In this document: one piece after another, positions 24,617 through 37,330 of the stretch
Layout: each line of letters begins with the position of its first letter
Position numbering within the stretch: the stretch's first letter is position 1
NCBI GenBank assembly: GCA_964658305.1
Contig: OZ210885.1
Coordinates: 24,428,001 to 24,492,000 of the forward strand
Length of the DNA stretch: 64,000 nt
Direction of reading: 5' to 3'
Source: Leptogorgia sarmentosa
Taxonomy: Eukaryota
Notes under the pieces: generated by a model
Told to the model about the DNA's origin: nothing
Seen by the model: only the letters and a program-made list of their open reading frames with translations
Database searches by the model: none
Position numbers and translations under genes: made by a program

Positions 24617-26199
24617 CATTTTACTGTAGTCTGTACATGTAGTTGTGGCTGTAATACTCTGCATGAGGTAGACGGAAGGCCTTAAAAGTTTCTCAATCAG
24701 CTAAAGTGATTGACAATATTTATTTACAATAATGTAATTACTATTCACATTAGTTTGATGAATTTGATATTTCGGTGCCTCTCGGATCTCATATTTTGTG
24801 TACAGTATAAGCAAAACCGGTTAAAAGTTCTGTAACAGTCATACAACAAAGCGATTTCGTTTTAATGCGTATATAATTATTTATGCGGGTTCCGTTTTTT
24901 TTTGGGACACCCTGTATAAATCATCTATTAAGGGAGCAAGGGAACATGCTATAATTTTGGAAGGGAACAAGGGAACAGAGCGAAAATTTGGAAGGGAACA
25001 AGTACCCCCCCTGGGAGACCCTCAATATGATGCGTTTCTGAGGAATGTGCATTAAAGTCATTTTGTTATTACCTTCTAAATACACAATTTTTATTTTACG
25101 ATATATTATAATTCTCTACTTGATATTTCAAATAATGTGTAGCATGCCTATATTCCTCAGAAACGCATCATATTACATCAATGTTCAAAGTAAAAAAACG
25201 CATTGATATGATTCGGTCCCCAGGCCAAGCTATACATCGTATGATATATCAGTGTTTTCTGAATAACATATGTGAAAATAAAAAATTTCTATAGAATAGG
25301 TAATGAAAAAAAGGACTTGAAGTTCACAAGCATTTCCGTTTGAGTTGCAGACTAATTCTCATATCAGACCTTTACTTTAAAATGGCAAAAACACGGCAGT
25401 GTATAAAAATATTAAAGGCAAGCAATACATTGTCGGAATTATCGTTGAAATATGTATAATATATTGGAAAATGAAAAATCTATGCCTAGAATGAAGCGAG
25501 AAAATGACTTGAAATTTAACATGCACATTCCTCAGAAATGCATCATATTACATCAATGTTCAAAGTAAAAAAACGCACTGATACGATTCGGTCCCCAGGC
25601 CAAGCTATACATTGTATGATATATCAGTGTTTTCTGAATAACATATGTGAAAATAAAAAATTTCTATAGAAGAGGTAATGAAAAAAAAGGACTTGACTAA
25701 TTCTCATATCAAACCTTTACTTTAAAATGGCAAAAACACGGCCGTGTATAAAAATATTAAAGGCAAGTAATACATTGTTGGGATTGTCAATGAAATGTTT
25801 TTAAGTATAGTTTGAAGTGAAAATTGTATGTCTAGTATTCGAAAAATTCAAAGATAAATGAGTTTCATTAATTTGTTTCTCAGGTTGAAACAAGGACTTT
25901 TGTAACTTATTAAAGTTCTTCAGTATAAAGAATTAGTTTCTGTTTGAATGTAATTATAATATATGGAGATCTATTATTAGATGTTATATGTAGTGTGCCA
26001 CAGGCCAGCCATCCCCTCATTTTGACAATTCTAATTATTAAGGTTCTTTACATGATATAGCTTTTGCTCATCTGTGTGCACATTCTCTTATATATATGTA
26101 TATAAATGGTGATTAAAAGTATAAATTTGGACACTTACTAAATTTCAGTATTAGACAATTACTAAATGTCGGGCCTGTAGCATATAAGGTGTAAACTAC

Positions 26200-26663
26200 C
26201 ATGGGCTTACGGGCCCTATCTTGTTTGGGGGGGCACATTATTGTTTGCCCGACAGGACCTGTGGAACGACATTTGAAGTGGGGGAGGGGGGGCTGACAGA
26301 TAGGGGAGGCGAAGCTCACGAGGCGCCACCATGGTTGGCGCAGAGCGAGAAAATTTTAAATATTATGGGTCTCTAGATTGTCGGAAATGGCATTTTCAAG
26401 GTGTCATATTATACCTCTTTCGTTGTGTAATACATATTTGATCTGAAATAATTGAGCTTTGGAATTAGAATACTTCATATAGGGTGTTTTAGAGGATAAT
26501 GATTTTCATCGTATTGTTGATGTTATATTGTCTGATAAAGTTAATATTCCATCAACTATGATGGAGTTATGTTTGCCCGAACGATTCGAGCTCAATTGCC
26601 CGACCGTGAACGGTTTGGGGGGGCACAGGCCCCCCCGTGCCCCCCCCGGCCCGTACGCCCATG
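26200..26663. mobile_element. hAT-type MITE
   Basis: TIR CATGGGC(T/G)TACGGGCC; 8-bp TSD TAAACTAC on both sides. Confidence 0.88.
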
Positions 26664-27339
26664 TAAACTACTAATTGTATATATCAAACAAGAAGAGACT
26701 TTGAATCCAAAAGGTTTCGTAGTCATTATTACCTAAACCTTCTCAAAGCTATTTTGGGAATTTAAGGCAGGTTAGAACATGAAGAATTTGTTAAATCTGC
26801 TCAAGAAATAGTACACTTTAACTGTTAAAACTTTTAAATGATGGTAAATAGTAAGCGCGCAACATGTGGTCTTTATCAGCAGATTTAATCTGCTTACGAA
26901 TGTGCGATGAATGTGTGACGAATGTCGTGATGAATGTTGTGACAACTTCACAGTGGTACTTCTTCGACGTTATAGAAGAGAAGACCGGGTTATTAAGTGG
27001 AATGTAATATTCACTTGCGTACATGCAAACCTCTTGGGTTTGGATTCAGCAACAGCTTTAGACTCAGGTGTCAAGGATGTTTCCCTGGTCTCGTTTTGAC
27101 TGGTGTACTTGTAGCATCAGGATCTAGAAATTTTTCAAAGTTACTTTAACACAGTCCACAAACATTGACAAATAGGTAATAATTTGTTTTGGGATTGCTC
27201 ACTACAAAAAGGTCATTTCCTTCACTATATCCCTCACTACATCATTGGGGGGCATGGCTATGCTCATATACATACATATACGAAATACAATGCTTAATTA
27301 TAGACCAAGTAATGTCGAAATCTTTGTTATTATCTTTTA

Positions 27340-28962
27340 GCCCCCAAATTTTTTTCGAAAATTTTTATTTCGAAAGTTCTGTTTCATTTGAGTACCTTTT
27401 GTGGTTAAATGATTTAATATGGTTTCTATATCGATCTTTAAATGCATAGGCGTACGAGGGGGTGGGGCTGGGGGGGCTGCAGCCCCCCCAAATTTTTTGA
27501 GAATTCATCTATTCGGGCAAAAATTGTCTTGTCATTCGGGCAGCGACGGTCTGGTGATTAGATAAAATTGTTGTTACGCTAGTAACTTTCTCTGTTTGGC
27601 TAGGGGGCACGGGGGCCTCAGCCCCCCCAAAAGGCTGAAGGACTGCGCCGTAAAAAGATGAAATCCGGGTAGAAATTAGGGGGGGACGATGACTACCCAT
27701 GTGACTACCAATCTCAATCCAAACATTTTCACAAATCTCACCCCAGAAACACGCTAAATCGCCATTGATGGACTCCAGATTTCAAAATTTTCCCGGGGGA
27801 GAATCCCCCCGGACCCCCCTAGATGCCATCGCGCCTTCCCCGTTTGCTTCGCCCCCCCCAAAAAGAATGAAGGTCTGGCTTGGCCACTGGGGACGACATA
27901 TTTCTCTTTATATCAATTTTCAAAGGAAAGCTTTTCATTTATAGTATTCTCAGATTATATAATATTATGATGACGTCACGAAATCTATGACGTCATGTAA
28001 TTCGGGCAAATTCAGCCCAGCCCCCCCCCAAAAAATGTGCCCGTACGCCTATGTTTAAATGTACTTGCCGTCATGCCTATGTAATGTTTTGTGCTGTTTG
28101 TGCATGTGACAGTGGCCTTGTAAACTATGTCTTTGGTCATGCATTTTTCCTGAAGTGGGCATGTGTTCTTGTCTCTACAAGTGCATAGGTCCGTGGCCTC
28201 GCACTGTGGCTTACTTTTCCCAATCATACGTGTGTTGTGCCTAGAAATTATAGACTTGACATTGTTCATGCAACTGTAACTGACCTTGACTGTGTTCCTA
28301 TTAAAAATCTTGTGTAGCTTGTGGTGAGGTGGGAAATGTATGTCTAATAAGCCCAGGAAATCACATGCGATGTGTGTCTTGACACTCTTGCTGAAAGGGG
28401 GATTAAACCAAATGATGTTGCGTTGCCTATTTCTGCGTGTTTGTGGTGCTCGACAAATTTGGTTTAAAAATAACAGCTGAGGCAAATTTGCATGTAGTAA
28501 ATTTCTTAGATGTCACTTTCGATCTTAACAATGGAAAATTTAAGCCCTATAGAAAGCCTAATGATGATCCACTATACATAAACAAACATTCCAACCACCC
28601 ACCAAGCATCATAAGACAACTACCCACATCGATCAACAAGCGCATTTCGACTCTCATCAGATGAGCACACATTCCATGAAAGTGCTCCTGCTTACCAAAA
28701 CGCACTAAGGCACAGCAATTTCGACCACAAGCTTGAATACATGAATCAAGCACCACAAACACGCAGAAATAGGCAACGCAACATCATTTGGTTTAATCCC
28801 CCTTTCAGCAAGAGTGTCAAGACACACATCGCACATGATTTCCTGGGCTTATTAGACATACATTTTCCACCTCACCACAAGCTACACAAGATTTTTAATA
28901 GGAACACAGTCAAGGTCAGTTACAGTTGCATGAACAATGTCAAGTCTATAATTTCTAGGCAC
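27340..28962. mobile_element. Penelope-like retroelement fragments in inverted arrangement
   Basis: Minus strand: [12 protein letters not shown]...CTC..CPL..C...YIGMTASTFKDRYRNHIKSF (GIY-YIG). Plus strand: [23 protein letters not shown] (RT thumb). 28233-28450 is the reverse complement of 28749-28962. Confidence 0.88.
27445..28053. mobile_element. hAT-type MITE inserted in the Penelope GIY-YIG region
   Basis: TIR CATAGGCGTACG / CGTACGCCTATG; 8-bp TSD TTTAAATG. Confidence 0.9.
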
Positions 28963-31900
28963 CAGGGGCGGATCCAGGGGTAGTCAAAGCGATCACGCGA
29001 CTAACGTAAGAAATGCAGTTTATGAAATTTTTTCTCATCTATTATTCTAGTGCGAAAATGCGGTCCAGTTTAAAATTTCGTCCAGTTGCACATTAATCTT
29101 TTATCTTGTGTCAGTACAAGTGAACAGCAGCCTAGCACGTGAGTTTTGATCGCTCACATGTCAAATTCGTGCAATCTGATTGGCCATTTCGTAGTTCTCC
29201 ATGGCGACCCAGGTTTTGATCGATCTAGAGGTTGGTCTGATCGATCTAGGGCCATGTTGGGGGTGTGTTAGAGCACATACAAGCCACTCAATTGGCTAAT
29301 TCAAATAAGTGTCTTCATTCCCATTGGTTATAATTTCTTGATCAATCATGACCGATCAGACGTTCAGAGAGCTGGTCTCGTATTAGAGCCTTTTCGATAC
29401 TGTGAGCCTTGAACGCAAAGGAGAGAATACAGCGAGTATTTCACAATGTCTTGTGATATTTTCGAGGGTGTACGCTCGGCGTTTCAGCAAAACGACAAAG
29501 TCTACCCTCAAAATGTGTATGATCATTTCAAACGCGAGGTTGAAGCGAGAAGAGGTCCATCAGTCGAAGAGTTGTTGAGCGCAATTATATAAACAACATA
29601 AACATAACATGTGCCTCAGGCGAAACTTTAGTGCTGAATCGTTCATCCCCAAATCTGCTCGAGAAGGGAAAGACAAGTTCTGTACTGCAATAAGGTCAAG
29701 ATATTAGTATTATTTGTTTATTATAATGCTGGTTTCTGTCTTTCCCATGTTAATAAATACTAAATAGCATTTATACATTTCAGGGGTTATTCTGATTATA
29801 CAACTCCAGTAAATTAAAAAATTCTGCCACTTTGTTAAAGTATTAAGGCTTGAGTAGGAGACCTACTGTATCGACCTGCATTATCCCTGAGAATAAGTAG
29901 CAAGGCTATATTTTTTGAATTTGGTGTGGTTATCATCTTACTGTTGCTTATTCACTAGTTACACTATGACTCTGTCACAGCAACTGTTAGCCTGTTAGTC
30001 ACTTTTTGGTGTGGTGGCGTCAGACCCCACTCATACGGTAACCTGTTGATGACTGATGAGGTAGGTAATATGGGTCAGTGGTGGGGGAAATCAATTGTGT
30101 CTTGAAAGAAGGACATTTGTAATTATTATATAAGCTCTAGCTAGTGTACAATAATTCCATATTTCCATACAAACTGTTGACATACTTTATAAACTATAGA
30201 CATCCTAGGAAATAAATATGACCTTCGAATGAGTTGGCTAAAATCTCAGGTCAAATACTTTTCCATTTACCAACATTGCTGACAAATGATATATTATTTA
30301 TTATAAAAATAAATAAAATATTTCCCCCTGCTGACAGAGCAGTTAATAAAAGGGACAAAATCTCTCAACGTATCAAATTGATAAGAGATAACGACGAATA
30401 AAATCATTTCAGACTTCTCAATTTAGTCAATAGACTCAATACCTTTGGCTTTCATGCACTCTCCAGAAAGTTGATCAAGCAATGTCAATATTGAACGAAA
30501 CTGATCTTTCAAGAACAACTTCTCAAAACATCTCTGCCACTATTGATGTCAAGAGTGGATTCTTCTACTATGATATACTTCTTGTGAAAATTTGAAGGAA
30601 GAGCTTGATATAATCAACAGCAACATTTCCACATTATATCAAGTACAAATCTTCTGTGGTACAAATAACAACCCGCAAAATTTTGCCTGGAAAAAATCGC
30701 GAAAATAAGTACGCGTATAATTAAGTGCGAAAAATTTATCATGCTTGAATCAAATTCTTGCTTTATTCCAACATCAAAAATTTTAAATATTATATTAAAA
30801 TTGATGAGTGATGAATGAAAATGATCGTTCAAGACGAACTTCTCAAACGTCTTTGCTACAATGGATTTCAAGAACTGAATCTTCTAATACTTCTGATGAA
30901 AATTCAGGGGAAGTGGCTCAAGTGGATGATGTTCAAAGATTTGCAACTGATCAGCTGAATAATGAAACTGAAACCACCGAAACTGAAACAATTTTGCCGG
31001 TTGACATAATTAATGATTGTGAAGTTGATAAAACGAATTCAAAACAATTTGATGGGAAAACCTTCAAGCATTGGACACATAAAAAGCAACATTTTGCAAG
31101 GTGTGAGATATATTTTCGAAATTTAAACACTGTCAGGTTATTTGTACAAAACAAATTACCAGCATTAGTCCAGGAAACTGGTGCAGTTTACCGATCCAGG
31201 ACAATAGGAACTCATATAAAGACACAATACCACAAAGAAGCTGTAAAATCTGAACATTTGAGAAATATGGCTCCAGAACAAGCGTATCAGTGTACACCGA
31301 TTGGATATCATATTTCAGCAGCTAACAAGGAGTTAGCAAACAAAATGGGGAAACTAATGCTTCATGTGTATAATGACGCAAAGAAACTTACACTTTCTGC
31401 ATACAGTTGGCCAAGCAGAATTGTGACATCAGAAATTGCCAGTTGTTTTTCTTTCAATCAGAAAGAAAATACATCTGGTTTTAAAATGGGCTTCCAATAT
31501 ATCAGTCCTGCACATCAAAGACAACTTCTGAAGAAACTGTAAGCTCTCATAAAGAACAACTCGCTAGTGGTGTAACTAATGCTCTTGCATCTTCTCTTCG
31601 ATGTGATGGAAGTGTTGACAGAACGCAAGTTGACAAAATTTTTGTGATGCTGAAACTTATAAGCAATGCAGCAGAGGAAGAACTGGTCTTTGTTGGGGCA
31701 AGAGAACCAAAACTGGGCTGAGGGACTTGTTAATGCTATTAAGGAAGCATGCAAGGGATGTGGCAAAGATTCACCTGAGGAATCTAGTAATGATTCAGAA
31801 GAAGAAGGTTCTGACAACCGCGACCTCCCCGATGAATCATTAGAGTTTGTGCTATATGAAACTTCCTCGATTGTAACAGATGGGACAAACGTAAATAGCG

Positions 31901-32176
31901 GAGCAAGATCTGGATTATGGACATTGCTGGAAAAATTGAGGAGCGAGAAGTGTCCTAGTGATGAGCAGGTGCCCTTGTTGAAAATTTGGTGTGCTGTTCA
32001 TCGCAGTCAATTAGCATGGAAAAATGTAACAGAAAATGTTGACGAACTGAAAATTCTCATTCAGGAGCTGGAATCTTTATCAACTTATTTTCATACATCA
32101 GGAGTGAGAACCAGAGAAAGGCAGGCGATTGGGAATGAATATAAACTAACTGTCAGACGATACCCAGAGTATTTTC
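28963..32176 (+). mobile_element. hAT transposon, left end plus truncated transposase
   Basis: Terminus CAGGGGCGGATCCAG at 28963 cuts the Penelope copy; a hAT transposase follows; no right end seen. Confidence 0.6.
30808..32176 (+). pseudogene. ZNF862-like hAT transposase fragment
   Basis: SLRCDGSVDRTQVDK (D1, about 31595-31640), SSIVTDGTNVNSG (D2), KIWCAVHRSQLA (CxxH); frameshifted; cut at 32177. Confidence 0.8.
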
Positions 32177-32749
32177 TACGGTGGCCCACAAGGGTCACTA
32201 AAACTTTCTTTTAAATTGACTTAACTTTGGTGTTTGCCGACCAAACTTTATTAAACAAATATATCTTTTGTAGCGATCAAACTTTCTTTTGTTCATAGCG
32301 ATCAAACTTTCTTTCGTAAACTAGATGTTATCCTATAACAATACCCCTCAACAAGGGCATGACCATTTCTATTTAATAATACATAAAATTTGAGCAAAGT
32401 AAAGAGATTTTACGCGAGAGAATCCCTCAATACGAGCTATTACATGAATGTACAAGGAGAATTAGTACATTAATTTAGTTATATTATTTATTATTTTAAA
32501 TTACTTATTATTTTCTTTTGATCTTTAGTAATGCATGTGTTACAATATTTGTCTACAATATTTAATTTGCCCGCCCGACATTTGTGACTTGTATTGTATT
32601 TTGTTGGATATGTATCCACTTCCCACTGACACTTCCTCGTACACTTCGATTATTTATAAAGACATAAAACTGCAAGAGTAATTCTTAAAAGCAGTAAAAT
32701 ACTTACACTTCCTCTCCTTCCTCCATTGTGAATTCGACGAATCACGCCA

Positions 32750-34560
32750 TCATGGCTCGATGGCGGGGAAAGTGTTGACGTTCCCGATTGAGTCCCGAAT
32801 ATGTTGCGGTTCGTTACGAGTATTAGCTAGGCTATTTCCCATTGCAAACATCCAGGGTAGTAACTCACGTACGGACTGCACATACATGTCGAAGTTGGCT
32901 TCTCTAAACGCTCTTACTAGGCGAAAGCAGCACAATTCCAAATCGAGCACTGAAGCCCAATACTGGAACTGTGGGCACTTTTCCGCCATAGCCTTCTTCC
33001 AATCTTCTTCAGGCATCAGACTCTCGTCCTCTTTCATTCTGTCTTTGTAGTTGTTGTATGCTGTGCGCATCGGTACAAACAAACTGGCAGCCGTCACCTG
33101 GTGTGCACGCGTTAGATGACTAGCTGTTAGAAATGACTCTGCAACGCCTTGTGTCGCCACCCCAGCATTACATATTGCTTCTACCCAACCGCTGCCACTT
33201 ACCCACTTGCCCAGCATTTTGAAAGCTGTCATTTCAATATGCAGTCCCCCAAGCATAACCACGAAGCGGTCTTCATTGTATTCGAACAATGACCACTGTA
33301 TCTGCTTGGCCAGGGCAAACAATGGCTGGTCAAGTGCGATGACTGGAACTTGTGAAGGATTGACATGCTGTGTGGCCTGCTTGACGACTTTCATGCTGTG
33401 CGCAATCATGGCCAGAGAATGTGCATTCTCTACAAACATTGGCAAAAGAGAGATGATTGCTGGGTTTCGCTCGCTGAGAGAGGATTTTTCCGCTCTGAAT
33501 GCCGCCCATGATGCAAAGTCCTTCGGTCCAAGCTTCTCCTTTGATATCAATTTCTCGATGTTGCAAAGCCAGTCTTCTTCCTCTCGGATACCACTGTTAT
33601 CATTTCTAGTAGAGACAGGAATCGACATGCCACGAGGGAGCTCTGGTGCTTTGAGATCACATACTGGTAATAATATAGGAGCTAACTCGCTATAACTTGA
33701 TGGTAATTGGGCTATTTTCTTAGTGACAGTCGGCTTAGTGGCATCAAATGTATCTGGATCTCTTGCTGTTCCTTGTTGCCCAGTTGAAGAATGTTGCACA
33801 AGAGAAATTGCTGTGCCGTGAAAAGAGCCATGTGAAGAGGTCGAGCTTGGATTATGATCAATATTGTCGGCTGCTGAAGTTGTAAAGAGTCCCAGTCTAA
33901 GTTTAGAAGGACAAACAACACCTTCGCGATCATATCTTTCTAAGACAGTGTTTGTGGTTTCAGTAGAAACAGACATAAGCCTATCATAGGATATCGAGAT
34001 GCCAAGATTGTAGAACGTATCGATCAGCGATCTGTCTCTAGTGGCACCATGTATTTTAAGAGCTGTGTAGATCGGAAGTGGGCACTCTCTCGCTCTAATA
34101 TGATGAGTGCTGCCGGTGGCGTCAGGTCGAGCTCGAGCTCTCTGGATAGAGTTGAAGACTATTAACTGGGCGATTGACAAACAAGCTTGGCTTTCATATG
34201 GGTCGACATTCGTTGTTGGTCCTTTAACTATCATACCAAGTAGGGTTAGAAGGGAAGCTGGGACGGAATGTGGCTGGCACTCAGGAGGAAATGAACCATT
34301 GAAAGTGTTCTTAATGTTTAATATCTCTCTTCTCACTATGTGTGCGGCTCGTGCTAAAGACATCGCATCCTGATCCATCTTTTTAGCTCTTGTTAACATT
34401 ACTCCAGTTTCATCTTTCAATGCAAGATGGACTTCTCTTCCTTCACTATGAGCGGTAAGAGATGGAAAGGCTTCTAGTATCCTCTCCTTTAGTCGTGTTG
34501 CATTTACCTTTCCGCATTCAGCCTTCAAGAAATGTTCAAGTTTAGAAGTATAAATCTTAT
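32750..34560 (-). pseudogene. Academ (AcademX-like) transposase fragment
   Basis: ADNIDHNPSSTSSHGSFHGTAISLVQ, PVIALDQPLFALAKQIQW and MLGGLHIEM...GSGW motifs; truncated at both ends. Confidence 0.7.
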
Positions 34561-35315
34561 TTTTGACACAAGTTCACAGATTCGTTCCCTTCTCTCTCCC
34601 GCTTGCGAAGCCGAAGGCTCCATTATGCATTATGTATAAATTAAACAAAGAGTCAGAAGACACAAGTCGGAAGTCAGAAGTGGGCCTCCTCGGCCATCGT
34701 AATACTCTGATTAGTGCAACACTCGTTCATTGCTTGTGTTGTGCTACCATTTTCAGTACTCTTTTAACAGTGACACCTGGACAGGTTTTAATGTTGAAAT
34801 AGTAGTGTCAACATTAATTTTTTTATATTTTAAAATAACTTTTTAAAATTGTGATGACCTTCCAGGTAAACTTTTCAAAAAAATGGAAAGCCTGAAATGT
34901 GCTTACAGGAAAGCAACACAATTTGGACAGGGAAACTTGTTTGTTTAGAGCTGGTCTAGATCACCAATATAAACCAATATAATGTTGGTACACAAAGATC
35001 CATAAAAAGATGAATTCTGAAGTACACTGGAAAGAGTTTTTCTAAATTCAAGTATCACTGACAAAATCAAACCATTAAGCTTCAATGGGCACTCATGCAC
35101 CATAAAATATCTACAAAATTATTGGAAAGATTGATTTTTGAACTGGAAACTGAGAGGCTGTCTCCAAACTTGTCTAGCTTTCTCACTTAGGGCAATGCAA
35201 GATGAATATGGACAACAGCTTTGAATTTTGAAGATTGATGATGAATTGGTTTCTTAAAGATAAACCTACGGTGGCCCATACCGGCAATACAGATATATTT
35301 ATTTCAATACAAATA

Positions 35316-36225
35316 CTCTCTCCTTCGCAGAGGCTTTTGAAGGAATAAATTCGAAGGAGTAAATTCGAAATTGCGCTAGAAGGTATCTGGTATAAAGACA
35401 ACCGCTGAAACTATGCGCGGGCGAGGGGGGAAGCGAAGGGGAAATTCGCGGAAGCCTCTGCCCGATTTGTGTCGATATCTGTGACAAATTGTCGATATCT
35501 GTAGCATCCTTATATATCTCAACAATCTTTTCTATTTTAAATTTTATTTGATAATGTGAGGACATTTTGGATAAAGATCTGTTGGCCAGCGTATATATTT
35601 TGGTATAATATTGTGTTTACGAGATGGCAGAATTGAATGAAAATAACCGGTCTAGTCAGGAGGGAGATGTCCTCAATTTGTCTACTGACAATTGCGAAGT
35701 TGATGTATTAAACGTTTCTTTTGAAAGGGCTATCAAGTTTTCCTTGGTTTCATTTGCAGCAAATTTTCTCAAACATTTCACTCCGTCTTTCAGCGCATTA
35801 TCATTGAATTCGGTGGCTCTGTGTCTAATTCGGTATTGTTGTTGAAGGCCTATTTGAAGGCCTATTTGACTAAATATATCTGTTGTTTGTGAACCACAGA
35901 CAGCACAACACGTTTTTCCGCTCCGCAAAGCCAAAAGAAATTGTCTTTGTCATTTGTGGACATGAATATTCATACGCACCTGCGCCATTTTGCCTCAGCT
36001 TGAGAATCTGCTCGAGCCATTCGAGCCTGCCTCTCCCCCCGGTTTAACGCCATTTTGGGACACAAATCGGGCAGAGGCTTCCGCAATTTTCCCCTTCGTT
36101 TTTCCCCGCGCACCGATTTCAGCGGTTGTCTTTATACCAGATACCTTCTAGCGCAATTTCGAATTTATTCCTTCGAATTTATTCCTTCGAATTTATTCCT
36201 TTAAAAGCCTCTGCGAAGGAGAGAG
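35316..36225. mobile_element. Non-autonomous TIR element with 9-bp TSD (AcademH- or MULE-type)
   Basis: TIR CTCTCTCCTTCGCAGAGGCTTTT (about 150 bp, imperfect); TSD ATACAAATA at 35307-35315 and 36226-36234. Confidence 0.8.
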
Positions 36226-36483
36226 ATACAAATATGTCTATTTCAATGCGAATATATTTACTTCAATACAAATATATTTATTTCAATACAAATATATTTT
36301 CCACCAATACAAATATATTTGTTCTGATACAAGTATAATTTTTCTCTGATACAAATATATTTATTTCAATACAAATATATTTTTCACCAATACAAATATA
36401 TTTTTCACCAATACAAATATATTTTTCACCAATACAAATATATTTTTCACCAATACAAATATATTTTTCACCAATACAAATTT
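36226..36483 (+). repeat. IS3EU left subterminal 21-bp tandem repeats (AATACAAATATATTTTTCACC)
   Basis: Directly visible; mirrored at 44975-45230. Confidence 0.9.
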
Positions 36484-36601
36484 TTCCTGTCCCATGAGCC
36501 CACGAACATGCACGATTTTCGAAACAACATGGCCGATGGTGGGAACTTCGAATGTGCAAACTGCAGCCAAACACTTTTAATTACATACAAGTATTGTATG
36601 T

Positions 36602-37330
36602 CTTAAGCCTTACGGATTTCCAATCCATGGGTGCATTGATGGCTGGAGTAGGAAGGTGTTGTGGTTAACACTAGCTCGTTTGAATAATGACCCCAACATA
36701 CCAGCAACGATCTACCTTGAAACAGTGGCAGAGCTAGGAGGATGCCCAAGAAAGGTGAGAAGTGATTGCGGTACTGAGAATTGCCTTATGGCAGCTATGC
36801 AGTGTGAATTATGTGGGCAAGAAGATTCTCGCGTTTATGGGACATCTCCTTCAAATCAACGAATTGAGTCTTGGTGGTCCTCATACAGGAGAAACAGATC
36901 AACCTGGTGGATCAATTACTTTAAAGACCTAATTACAAGAGAGTTGTTCAATCCAAGCAATGTGTTGGAAAAGGAGTGTTTGTGGTTTTGTTTTTCCAAA
37001 CTGTTACAAGAAGATTTAAACAAAGTAAAAAGCCATTGGAATACCCACTATATCAGGCACTCCAGGCATGATACTATCTCAGGAAGACCAGATGAGTTAT
37101 ACAGTATTCCAGAATATCATGGTGGTGAAGATGATTTGCTTGTTCCTGTGACAAATGATAAAATCAATGAAACTAGGGGGCATTTAACAAGCACCAACGA
37201 GGAACCTGCAAATATGTATCAAGATTATTTTCAACATATTGTAGACATCAGCAACCTCCAAATACCATCAATGTGGACAGAGGCTGAGGCATTGTACTGT
37301 AATCTGGTTGAGGTTGCTAGGTCAGAATAA
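36602..37330 (+). pseudogene. IS3EU-type (integrase-like) DDE transposase, 5'-deleted
   Basis: LKPYGFPIHGCIDGWSRKVLWL...PRKVRSDCGTEN...NQRIESWW...WNTHYIR; the region expected to hold the first catalytic Asp is missing. Confidence 0.85.

Larger units (their letters stand above)
16767..25023. mobile_element. Complete DNA transposon encoding a P-element-like transposase with an NHL propeller
   Basis: 16-bp perfect TIR GAGGGTCTCCCAGGGG / CCCCTGGGAGACCCTC. 6-bp TSD AATATG (16761-16766, 25024-25029). The empty site TGTAATATGATGC is visible in neighbouring foldback units. Confidence 0.92.
15606..25923. mobile_element. Foldback-type element with long modular inverted arms
   Basis: 15606-16766 (resuming 25030-25050) is the reverse complement of 25145-25923. 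Arms are built of ~375-bp tandem units (starts 15748, 16124, 16499). Both outer ends abut TA. Confidence 0.8.

Noticed and set aside
24850..24915. Mariner-like end GGGACACCCTG|TA
   Set aside because: No matching left TIR found; too degraded to delimit.
36226..36574. Repeat-protein ORFs (GEKYICI)n / (VKNIFVL)n
   Set aside because: Translations of the 21-bp subterminal DNA repeat.
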